The notes below the pieces were generated by a model. That model was not told where the DNA came from and searched no databases. It worked only from the letters and a program-made list of their open reading frames with translations. Of a stretch of DNA of 64,000 nucleotides, positions 13,196 through 25,200 are shown piece by piece. The stretch is from Lingula anatina (lineage: Eukaryota > Animalia > Brachiopoda). Location of the stretch: positions 24,310,401 to 24,374,400 of the forward strand of contig CM120641.1 of assembly GCA_051362555.1 (NCBI GenBank), given 5' to 3'. Position 1 is the first letter of the stretch. Each line of letters opens with the position of its first letter. Position numbers and translations under genes: made by a program.

Positions 13196-16100
13196 ATGTG
13201 TCTCTTGTCAGTTGGAGTTTTCATTGCCACTTTATCAGGTAAGCTCGTTTTTCAAGTAGTACGTGCTCTGGGCATATCTTCATAACATGATTTGTTGAAG
13301 CAATCCTCACGCCACAGGCTCTCTGCTACATTTTAGTATTATGTATTTTTTTTTACTAAATATCATTAGCTTGGGGATGGGAGCTAGTTTTATGTATAAT
13401 TCTTTACTTCCAACATTCTGCACTTTTCTTGTATCATATAACCGATTCTTGTGAAAACAGTTTAAGAACTGATAATTTCGAGGTAACTGATTTTTTTAAC
13501 TCATGACAATGACAGGTAATTCTAGTAAACAGAATTTCTTTAGAATTGATAATAATAAATATGAGACAAAGTAGAAAGTACACCAATTACTTATCTAACC
13601 AGAACATGATGCAGGAGAAGAACCTACAATATCGACTTCTCATATAAGCCATTGCTTGCGCAATATTTGCACAGCGTAGTAAGCAAGGAGGTCGTGCAGC
13701 AAGCATCACTATAGAAAACGCCCGTCATCTGATTGTGACTCGAACTTCTTTGCCAGTTATAAAATATGTTTATTTTTCAGTGGTGAATGCACAAAATGAG
13801 TGGATTTATGCTCACATGTAAGTTATCGAACCAACATATTCATTTCTTAATGCTCTTTAAATAAATTATAGATAAAATGAATAATATGAATTGCGTCTTT
13901 TAATATATTTGTTTTATTGATGTAAACATTTCCAAATGATTTGGTATCAAAGAGAAAATAATACAGTTATTACCGATAAAGTGCAAAGATTGATAACTAG
14001 CTCTTATCTTATGACTTCATTATTACCGCTAGCTGTACTGGTATAGAAAAAGTAATTAAGGATTTGTGTTCTGTAGATTCCTCAACTGTTGTTCGTGGGT
14101 CATCTATTGTTCAGTACTTGTAGTTGTTGGCGTGATCACTACTATCATCGCCTATTGTGTCTGCAAGAACAGAGGGAAGAGAAAAGTGGGTAAGTAAAAC
14201 GTAGATCTGCACGATTGTGTTAAAACCTTGTTCACTTCAAAATGTTCTATTGTCCATTTTGCTTGTGACGAGTTTTTGTTTTTAGATACATATATGATGA
14301 AGAAGTAGCACTCAAAATAAATAAAAATGAATAAAAATATAAATACGTAAGAAATGAGAAGGCTGTAAAATTTAAAGTTAGTTTAGACTGATGTATCAAC
14401 TTTGAAGGGGTGATAGGTAGGCAAAACTTAATTTCTTACTTAATTTCTGTAATAGTGGCTTAACCACACTTAACGCCAACAAAATTGTCTGTTGAAAGGT
14501 GCCTTAGCATTTATCTCTCCGATGAAAACAAAGCAATAAGAGACCTCAACGAACACCATAAATCGAAAATTGGTCTTCACAAAGACTGTTAAGATTAGTA
14601 GCCGACTACTTACGTAGAGGTACATTGCGTTTAACACACAAAAAATGATTGCCTTTAGTTTTTAAAAGTTATTTCCTTGAAACCAAATTGTGACTCTCTT
14701 GGCGATGGTTATCATTTTCAGTCGTGACAACAGCCTACTTAGGAACACCAAGTACATGTACAGTCATTGTGAGCCAATCGTTCGTTGACCGATATCGACT
14801 AAACTTTATGGGCTATCCAGGTTTAACAGCCTAGACTTATTAATTTTTTTTTTTGTACAAAACAGGCATTGAAAACACATCCCTTATTTCTAGCATCCAA
14901 AGAGCAGGCTCCCCATTGGACATACACGGTTCAACCTGACTCTATGGGACCTGCTGTTGGATTCGACTACTCCCTGTGTTCGGACGGCATTACCATCCAA
15001 CCAGACGGGACTTCCATTGTAAGAACATACAACCAGCCCATCAAGCGTACACACGGCGTCTTGGTAGGGAAACCTCTGACCGAGGGCAAACACGTCTTCG
15101 AATTTATTTGGCCGACCAATCAACGAGGCTATAATGCCTGTTTGGGTAAACATGTGCTCTTTTCTCATTAAGTTTTTTCAAAAAAAAAAAAAAAAAAAAA
15201 AAAGAAGTAAAAAAGAAGCAGAACGCCTAATTAATCATGTAGTCTTTCTTTATTCACTTTTTTAAAGGTTTATGTTTACGAAGAATCAGCTAAGGTAAAT
15301 TTTCTGTAAAATCATGTCTCTGTCTCTGTCACGCCAAAATGGCGTGCAGGCTTATTAAAACAGGCGCAAAAACCGTTATACTAGTAGAATATTTCGGGCC
15401 TAATTCAAACATGGTATTATATCTGTATTCAGGCATTGCAACCCATACCATTTATTTAATAATAGGTGTTGCGACCAAAGATGCGCCCTTGGACACCCAA
15501 GGACTGGTCAGCTTGGTTGGTCACACTGATCTGTCCTGGGGTTGGGACATGGTCAGAAGACGGACCATCCGCGAGGGGAAGGTACAGTCTACTTACCCCT
15601 CCGCCGCCCTGAACACGGCCATCCCAGACAAGGTGCTGATGTACGTGAATACGGACACGTGCACCGTTGCCTTTGGTACTGATGGCGGCGTGTACTGGGG
15701 CCTGGCTTTCACCTATCAAAAGACGGGACACACTCTCTACCCTATGGTCAGTGTGAACCACCCCATGGGACTAGTGAGAATGCGCTACCTTGGGAAAGGT
15801 GAGTATTGGTTTTATACAAGCAGCAGACGTGAATCCGATATCCGTTTAAATGTCTTTTGTAATCATTCTTTTGTTTATTTAGCTTTATAGTATTATTTGA
15901 AAATTTGTGTAGAAATTCCGAAGCAATACCTCTGTTTGTTATTAAGATTTATGTTGAATACAGACGTTTTGTCATTTATTCAAGATGGATTTTGTTGGAG
16001 AGTTGTAAATATATTGCGTAAAAAACGTTTTTTGCTGAAAAAAGATATTGAAATTATTTGCATTTCTTTACTTTAACTATTCAAATAATTATTTTAAGGG

Positions 16101-17075
16101 AGGGCTGCAGGTTGGAGATTTTATCTTAAATTAAAGGTCTTAGTTTTTTTATTCCTGTTGCAGTCCCCCCTTAAACTTTATTTCTTTTAAATCAATATGT
16201 CTAAAATTCATGATCGATCTATTAATCTATTTTCAGCATCTTTGGGCCCTTATCCCGGTCCTGCTGGCGTAAATACAGCTCAACAGATGCCAATCGCACC
16301 TGGTGGATACCAAGGCCAGACCTATCCCGGCACCTACCCTGCAACCCTGAAGCCAGAGCACCTTCCTGTTGCTGCAGTTTCTCAGACAGCAGGAGGCGCG
16401 CAGTACGATCTTCCACCGTACAATCAGAGTAGGTCTTTATTTTTTCGTTCTGTTAGCAGGGGGCGTCAGGATTTGGCACGGAGATTTGGGTGGGTTCTAG
16501 GCGAGGGAACGCATACAGCAGTAGCCTACTGCTGCTTCGTTAATATGTCCTATATATGGTGTTCAAGTTATATTGGTCAAATTTCATTTTTTATTTATTC
16601 ATTTGTCTTTCTATTTATCTTATTCTTCAGTACGTTTATTTATTTATTTATCTTTGTATTTCGTCAGTCTTTATATTTTTGGGAGGTAAGATGTTTATTC
16701 CCAAACCCGCGGATGAAGGGTGAAGTCGAAGCAAGTTGCACAATTTCAATCTAATATTTCCAATGTCATAAATATTGATTAAACATTTGATGCACCAAAG
16801 GAAAAAGAACTGTCACTCATGCAACTCTCGCCTTCATTCTTGCAGCTGTTCCAAGCGACCAACTCCTGTACGGCGCCGAGGCGCCTCCAAGTTATGAAGC
16901 CGTGCAAGAACAAGACGATATAGACAGACAGAACAACGGTGAAGAGACAAGAGATGCAGATGGACGCTCAAGTGATCTTTACAATGGCATGTCCACTACT
17001 ACACCTGGTTATTCGCAGACTGGGCCTCAGACCACATCTACGCAAAGTGCGCCACCTACAGGCCATGGCCAATAA
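13196..17075 (+). CDS. Single-pass membrane protein with cytoplasmic SPSB/Gustavus-like SPRY domain and PY motifs (399 aa, 7 exons)
   Basis: Exons 13196-13238, 13781-13817, 14077-14189, 14894-15145, 15466-15798, 16237-16428, 16846-17075 (1200 nt, all GT-AG, phases consistent). Signal peptide MCLLSVGVFIATLSVVNA; TM WVIYCSVLVVVGVITTIIAYCVC then KNRGKRK; SPRY motifs GKHVFEFIWPTNQRG, GVATKDAPL, LVGHTDLSWGWD, LYPMVS; tail with LPPY and PPSY. AATAAA at 17569. Confidence 0.88.
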
Positions 17076-17247
17076 GCTTTTTGGGCTGGGCCCTGTTTCA
17101 TATTAAAGAGAACTTTGGCCTACTTTGACCAAAATTGATTTAGTCGTTGTATTTTTTTTATCATTTATTTGAATGTCACATGGCTTGTTATTAATAATCT
17201 ATCCTACTATCCTTTTATTATATTGGAATATTTTTGCTGTTTTTTGA

Positions 17248-17248
<1 letters not shown>

Positions 17249-17293
<45 letters not shown>
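17249..17293. repeat. (TAA)n microsatellite in the presumed 3' UTR of the SPRY gene
   Basis: About 15 TAA units, read directly. Confidence 0.9.
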
Positions 17294-17296
<3 letters not shown>

Positions 17297-17824
17297 CACA
17301 ACTTTTGAAAGATAGAAAGGAACTAGCCTACTAGCCTACCGATGCCGAAATTGAGAATGTTTTAATATTGGTCTATCTTTATATGGATTTTTTATTGTAT
17401 AGTAATTATCATGTTATGCAGATTTTACAAACTGGATTTTGTAAAAAAAAAATTTGACTGATTTATAGTTATATGTACTTTTTGTATACTATTCTTATAG
17501 GCCTACTACTCTTCCTGTGATAATGAATGGTTTCGATATCTGTAAATTTTGACGAAATGAACATGCATAATAAAGCACCAATAGGTCTTTGTTCTACAGC
17601 CTTGTTCAATGTTTTCCACTATTAAAAGCATATGAATTGATTACACATGAGTGCCACGTCCAAACCGCAGCGTTCACTGGTCTTCAAAAGAAAGTATACT
17701 TTTAGATCATATATAAATAAGACCAAAGATATCATGATGCGTCCTTTGGACTGAAATTATACAACGTCACTTCGCAGAAACGTAACGTCTTGGAAAAGGA
17801 TAGGATTGTGTCGTCATAATTCAT

Positions 17825-17834
17825 GTGACGTCAC
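17825..17834. promoter_or_regulatory. Palindromic CRE/ATF site upstream of the orphan gene start
   Basis: GTGACGTCAC about 55 bp upstream of ATG 17887, in a CpG-richer patch. Confidence 0.4.
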
Positions 17835-17886
17835 AGTATTTCCGTAGTTACAAAGTCAAAATGGATATGCGAAGACATAAATTTAC

Positions 17887-20800
17887 ATGATGTCGATCTT
17901 ACGATTATTTTTTTGTATTGTACTGAGTTTGCTTAGTTTATTCATATTACATTTTCATCTAAATAAGGACAGGTAAGTAGACAACCTTTGTGCATTGTTT
18001 TCTTTCAAATAAGCAAATGTAAAAAAAGAAGTGCTTATTCATAACTTATGTGTTACTTATGCCTTACAGAATATCAGTATTCTCTTAGTAGAAAATTTAC
18101 AGAGAAATAGGTGGCAAACACTTCTTTGCAAATATTTGCGTTTTTGCACGTTGGTCTGTGCGTTCCTTCATGAATGTTTACACTCTGTTACAGAACCACC
18201 GGTGACCAAACTAACGTGTTCATACATATCAATGTTTCCCTGAGTGCCACTGGACTCGGCAGTCCGACAGATGTCTTAAAGCAAAAGATATCTATGAGAG
18301 AAATTAGCGAAAACTGCAATCTGTCACTGCCTCCAAAAGATGTGGTGAAACAAGGAAATAATGAAACGTCACCTTCTTTGAGCCTTTCCAAAGACACATT
18401 TGATAGATCAAAGATATCTGGCGACGGTGAGCGCTTTTTAATTTTAGAAATTCAAACTTAATAACATACAAAATTTATTTACTGTGATATTTTCATCAAA
18501 GACGGTAGGCAAAACAGCAAATAAGGGCTAAAATGTTAAATAACAAAAGAATGCCATTGTAAGCCTTTTTATTTGATGCCTGTGAAATAATTTCAGGCGG
18601 TCCCCACCATCGGTGGAATGCAACTTACTTGAAGTCTGTAGCCTATATGTTTCATCAACACGTGATCGAAACCATCAACGATATTAGAAACATGAGTCAA
18701 AGTCGTTATTGGATTTTCACACAAAGTTTTGAGACTGCCATCAGTAACGGTTTCAACAACGTTCATGTATTCTCAACATCGATAGGTAAGATTAGTCTCA
18801 TAGAAAGTGTTTTGACTGATTATGCGTTTCATTTTTTAGCCTAGTATAGATTAAGAAAGAGACAAAATTACTTTCAAATTTTTCAGATACCTTTAAAATT
18901 GACTATACTAATTTGTGTCGCTATGAATTTTAAAGTAATTGAAAACTAATGTTAATATCATTTTCTTTCTAGTTAAAAATACTGCGAAATTTGCTGAAAT
19001 CGGAAAAGCCTCGCTGGAAAATGCCCTCGGCTTATTCAGGAAAGGTTTTCAAGAACAGATTGAGAATGTCATCAATAATGGTTTCTTCAAAGTTCATGTT
19101 TTCTCAGCGGCGATAGGTATGATGAATCTTATAGAAAGTGTTTTGACCGGTTATGTGTTTCATCTTTTAGCCTAGTATGGATTAAGAAAGAGACAAAATC
19201 ACTTGCAAAATTGTTCAGGTAGCTTTAAAATTGGCGAAACATCTCCATGTCGCTATGAATTTCAAAAAAAAAAAAAAAAACTGAAAATTGATGTTACTTT
19301 CATTTTTATTTCTAGTCAAAAATACTGCGGAATTTGTTGAAATTGGAAAAACCTCGCTGGAAAATGCCTTGGGCTTATTCAGGAAAAGTTTTCTTGAACA
19401 GATCGAGAATGGGATCACTCGCGTGCGACGCTACTTCGTCCCCGAGTCTCCCGCAGAACGAAAGTGTAGAGGCCATTCCAATTGGTATGCCAAAAGTGCA
19501 TGCACGCTGCTTTTCGAGGCGTCGGCATATCCGTCACACATCGTCTCCACCCTGGCTGAGGGTTATGACAGGTTTGCTGAAGCCGCCGCACGCCTCTTCA
19601 CGCGAGAAACGTATAGAGATAAAGTGTGCAAAGGTTACGCCAAGATACCTGCCTTAAGGAGAATGTGCGAGACAGGGTTTGATGTGGCGGCAGTGGCCAA
19701 TGAGATTCTAGAAAATATCCAAGAGACATTCAGCAAATGCTTTCTGCAACCAACACTGGACTTTTTGCAAGGTTCTGTCGACTACGTTTGGAAAGTTGCA
19801 GATACACTTTCAACGGCTTATCACGATGGGATGCACCTTGGAAATAGGCTTACAACATACCTGTATCAAAACTTGAACATCAAAGCGGCGAACGGTAGGT
19901 ATATAATAAAATACCCTATATATAATGCTAGTTAAAACTGTTTTAAAAGCAATTAAATCGAAAAAATTTTGACAATGTACATAAAAAATAGTACCTTAAA
20001 TATATCTTTTCAATGTCTGGTGAGTCTTACATGCTATTTTACAGTTGTCGTCTTGCCATACAGGAAGAACGTATTTTCCTTTTTTCCAGCACTTGTCTAT
20101 TATGTGTTGAAGAAGACAGGAGAAAAAGTGACTGACATCTACGTGCGCCTCCCCCGCTTCAATGGTGACCCAATACATGACGGTCTGGTGGTTTTAGCCT
20201 GGGGATTCTGCTTCTTGGCCCAGGGGTTGGTTGTGTATTGCGCCAAGAGGAAAATAGCTTATGGTAAGTTCTTAGGATCTGGTATGAAGGTATTGATTGC
20301 GTTCGCTGCTTTATTTCATTGTACTGACTTTAGTGAAGCTAATCTGGTCATGTAAATAACAGGGTAAAAATAAGTAAACCATGGATAAATGTTAGAAAAG
20401 TGCAGTATTTTTTGTTTATTTTTATCTAGAGTGTACTAAGAAAAACCTCGATATTGTTGTTTTGATTGTTGTGACATTACACTGCGTGACCTGCATTTTT
20501 GCCACCAAGGTTGTCTGTTAAATTAAGTTAGATATGCCTAGTACATGTATCTATCTACTCTAAAATTGTTCAGTTTTGTTCTGGAATGCGCTTTCATTTG
20601 TTGTTTAAACCATGTAATTTGTTAAAACATTTGCTATTTTTTTTTCATCTGATTCGTTTCGCCCTACCGGTATATTACAATCGTTAAATGGAATAAGTTT
20701 ACATGATATCGTTAATTCAAATATTATTTTATACTATTAATGAAAAACTTTTCCTCCTAATTTTGTAGACAACAACGTGCGAAGGGCGCGTGCTATGCGC

Positions 20801-22202
20801 ATGCATTTCTCCCGGCAATTGCCACAAGAGGATTACTATGAGAGAATTCTAAGGAAAATAAAAGACCAGTCGCACGAAGATGAAGACGATGAAGTCTTTG
20901 AAGACTGTAAAGATATCTTCGACGATGTTGCGGTTGTTTCCGACACCGACAGTGCCGAAACAACAGATGATTTGATCAACGATTCTGGAATATGTGCCGA
21001 CAGTTCTTTTGAAGACACAAAAGATGTTGCACCTGCTGCCCCGGCAGCTGAACAGCCAACTCTGCCCTCTTCAGAAAAAGGCAGGGAAGACCAGGTCATG
21101 CTCGAGACGGAGACTACTGCGACACAACATAGTGGCGGAAATGAAGAAGTGAAAGATGACAGGGGAGGACTGTCTCTTTTTTCCGCCGTCGATGTAGTTG
21201 CTCAAGAGCCTGAACTGGAGGCTGCTGTACAGAAAGAGGACCAGAGTGGCAAACCAGACGGAGAATACACAGGGAGACAGACTGAGGAAGTAGACGAGGG
21301 AGAGAAGAGAGATTATGATCTTCCAACTGTTGAAGCTGTCACCCAGAAAAATAAGGCCACAGATCTGCTGGGTTGGGAGATCACGTCTGCTTCAGTCTTC
21401 ACTGTTGTTAAAGAAGATCAGTGCCAAAACGCACCCAAAGCAGATGACAGAACTAAGAAAGAGGAACAGCAGAGTGAAGTAGCCGAAGAAACCAAAGAGG
21501 AGCAACGCGAAGGCTCACCTGAACAAGGAGAAAACTTGCCTGAACCAGAGGATGAGCCGAACCTAGAGGACTATTTAGAGGTTGCACAAGGAGGCAAGGA
21601 AGACTTGCCTAACGCAGGATCTTCTGCGGTTACCCAGGAGTGTAGTCGCACGCCTGGGATGGACAAAAACAACAAGGACGACAAAGAAAGACATCATCTT
21701 GTTACAGAACCAGAGGTAAGTTTCTGCTTGTTTGTTTTTCACCTTTTTATGGGAGTTTAGGAAAAGTGTACTATAGTCTTTCGAATAAAGAAGTGTTTGC
21801 TTTTGTTGTCTACAACAGCAATATGTTCTAGATTTCTATTTAGCTTTAACCTCCGCCTTTTCTGTCCCTCCAATAACCATCTTTATCATCAGTCCTTCTT
21901 CGTTTACATTAAAAACTTAAAATATTGGCATTTCCAAAAAAAAATCACTTTTTTATTTTAATTAATATTTCTTTCAGGAGACAAAAGATCTCCTGACACG
22001 CAGCACCCCAGATGAAGACGTGGATGAAGCTCGGAGAAAGTTAATCATCGCAGATGCAATAGAGCAAATTCGTTCCTGGGAGGGCCCGGCCGCTCGGGTT
22101 CGTGTGTGCGAGTCAAAGTGCTGGAAGAACACATTTTATAAAATCGGCCGTGCCGCTTGGATTGTGTTAAAATATATTCTAGAACATCCAGAGCTGTTCT
22201 AA
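17887..22202 (+). CDS. Uncharacterised membrane protein (858 aa, 8 exons): N-terminal hydrophobic anchor, glycosylated helical domain, TM, long acidic tail
   Basis: Exons 17887-17972, 18194-18426, 18597-18785, 18973-19116, 19316-19894, 20090-20263, 20769-21715, 21978-22202 (2577 nt, GT-AG, open throughout). N-terminus MMSILRLFFCIVLSLLSLFILHF; sequons NVS, NLS, NET, NAT, NMS; TM GLVVLAWGFCFLAQGLVVYCA then KRK; D/E-rich tail. Confidence 0.8.
18738..19410 (+). repeat. Intragenic tandem duplication (~330-340-bp unit x2) spanning an intron
   Basis: Introns 18786-18972 and 19117-19315 are alignable (ATAGAAAGTGTTTTGAC...TTAGCCTAGTAT.GATTAAGAAAGAGACAAAAT), as are their flanking exon halves. Confidence 0.9.
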
Positions 22203-25200
22203 GACTGCTGTTATTTATTTATTTATTTATTAAGCATGAGATGTTTTTTTCAAACCCAGCATTGATACATGATAATTTATGGTCATAGACAGGGTCTTTT
22301 GGGATATGTACATATTTTCAAATATACAATGACATTTATGTTATGGAATTGCACAAACGTTCATGTTCATAGTATGTCAGGCTCCATGATGACGCAAAAG
22401 AAATCCTAATTTAACATTTTCTGGCTTCACAATAGAAATTCATTCAAAAATATTCAGTATCAAAACAATAGTAACAACAAATATTGTAAAACTGGCATGT
22501 TATTATCATTTGAAAAGAAAAAGAAACCAATAAAGAAAATTCACTTGTCTTAAATTTAGTTCTGCGTGACATGACTTTTGCATTTACAAAGTTTCCGGCG
22601 TGTGCGTGTTTGTGCGTGTGTGTGTGTAGGGGGCGCATTGAAATTAATAATACCATGCAGTGGTCTTTAATATGTATTCAAAGGGATACAGGGACATTAA
22701 AATCACTCGGCTTTGTTTCGTATTAAACCGTCTCTCTAATCTGCCCTTGGTCGCAAACTGACAGTTTTTATGCTGGTACTTTTGTTAAATCCGCCGGATG
22801 AACACAATCAGAAGTAGGCCTACAATACTACATCAAGCATGGAAATACAATTAAGAATCTTTTCTTGGAATATCTCAGAACATGATGACACATTAAATTG
22901 TCAAAACCATACCAATTACACCAATAAATCGCATTGCAGTATGGGTTTATGTAAACTATGCAAGTCATCAATAGGCCCATGTTAGACGGGCCCCTGTTAA
23001 TAATTGGTCCCTATTGACACGATTGTGCTTTCTGACTAACGACGTAAAATGATATCACACGCAATGAACCTTTGACCTCCTTAGACCTAAGTCTTGGAAC
23101 TATCATCGGCTTCTTGGGACTTACGTCGACCCTTAACGAAAAGAGGCAATTAACAAAAATCACATTTGTCTGCAGGCAGAATTGCATTTTGTGTGGCTTT
23201 TTTTGGCGCACCTTACACAATGATAATATGAATTGTACAGATTGTGTTTTGGGTTGTGACACTTACTAGCGCAACTAATACAATCAAAGTCTTTACAGGC
23301 AAATTTGCGTTTTTAGTAAGGACTGACGCAACTTACACCATTAGCGGTGGGTTTCGTCTTCATTGAGATCATGAGGGAATAGTATTTGTACTTATTGTGA
23401 TTAAATTGAGCTATTGAATGTAATAACCGAAATAACCGAATGAATGACAGTTACAGCCTGGTTTTGCTAATGCTAGTGATAAATTTTACATTCTCTGATG
23501 CAGCATGCACCACAACCATTCAGTTGCTTTACATTTTTCTGGGATGTTTTTCCAACTGAAGCAAACGGATGCCTGGGACTGCCGACTGCTACTATTATCA
23601 ATGCTATCAGTCCATTTTTCGCACAGTTGCAGCATGGTACACTTCAGTTCAGTTCATTTCTTGCTGATTTCCTTGCAACATAGAATTCCACAACACACTT
23701 AATTGCTGCTAGGTATTACTTATACAGATCTTCCTGCTGAAGCAAAAAGATAAGTAAGTAATACTTGATGCTGTTGAATCCATTATCTTCTGTCTGTGCC
23801 TACTCGAATAATTTTAATCTATTAGTCAAGAGCTCTTGACAATAAAGTCTACCTATAAAAAGGGTATGTTTGGCTTGAGATAAGCAACAATATCCTTTCT
23901 TCTATCAGTTAGCAGTAATGTAAATGGCTAACAAATCAAGTTGCAGGATTTGCCTCACGGGGAGTCTCGCCTTGTGTACTTGGATAATGTCGTGGGTACT
24001 ACATTTAAGTGTGACATTTAAAATGATACAGAAGTTTTGGATAATTGATTTCGATCGATTTGCAAGGTTACATGCTTAAAAGGATTCTAGGAAAAGTGTC
24101 TTGCAAAATCATCTAATGGATTCTATCACGTTACTTACGCTAATAGGCTAGCAGTTTTGATGGTATGTTTCACTGGCCCTTAGAGTACGATCTTGCCAAA
24201 ATATATTTTTCTTTATTTCAATTAAATGTAAAATAAACAAAAAAATAAATAAAATCCTAACTCAGCGAATATGACCGTTTTATTTCAAATTAACACTTAT
24301 TTCAGAATATTTCTGAATGGAATCCTGCTGAACACAGCTTTTATAACAGTCATGTGAATGGAACCAGGTGAAAAATAATAAGTGTATTAAAAATAAATTG
24401 TACAATTGTTTTAATAAATGAATGGAATGCAAGCAGCCCATATATTGCAAGAGTTTATAACAGATATCCTATACTGCAAAGTACCATATGAACAATTTAG
24501 ATGATCCATTACACCTTATGGAATTAATTCAAAATGCTGTGTTTGAAAATAAACTAATGACAGATATCATATGAATTTCATATCCCCTGCTAACAAATAA
24601 TTATACTAAATTAATGTTCAATGCAATTTTTGCTGCATTTCTATTAAAAAAATGTTATCCCAAATTTAACATAAAATTTTTGCTGATGCAACACTAAAAA
24701 GCTCTTTTTAAATTGTGTTTTACAACAGAATTGTTGTCAAGTTGAAGGAGGATTTGTAAACGAAAAAGTGAATGTCAAACTTAAAATGACCTTTTAAACA
24801 ATCAAATTTATTCAAAGCTTTCTATCATTTTCCAAGAACCAAAGTAAATTCAAGGGTATGCTTAAATGGAAAATTAATTTTTCTGAAAAATTCAGAAATT
24901 TTCCCTTTGTCATGCTCTCCAAATCAACAATCCATAAATCTGTTTTTCCGTTCTTAATATTTCCCATTATCATTTATATTCACCAGTCTCTTCCTCCATG
25001 AAAGTCAGACTCAAGCACAGGTTAAGGATCGTGGTTCTAGGGATGATTTTGGATGTAGTACACCTCAATGATTAGAAAAAGTGTTAAAATTTCCAGGAAA
25101 ATTAATATTTGCTTTATAAAGGTCTAACACCCATTGTATGCTCAAGCACACCATGTCAAAAGTTCTCAGGAGTTAGTGGCTAAAACCTGTACCACCTTTT

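Noticed and set aside
16429-16754. Phe/Ile-rich C-terminal TM segment in ORF 16197-16754
   Set aside because: T-rich intron sequence after the donor at 16429; the frame continues in exon 16846-17075.
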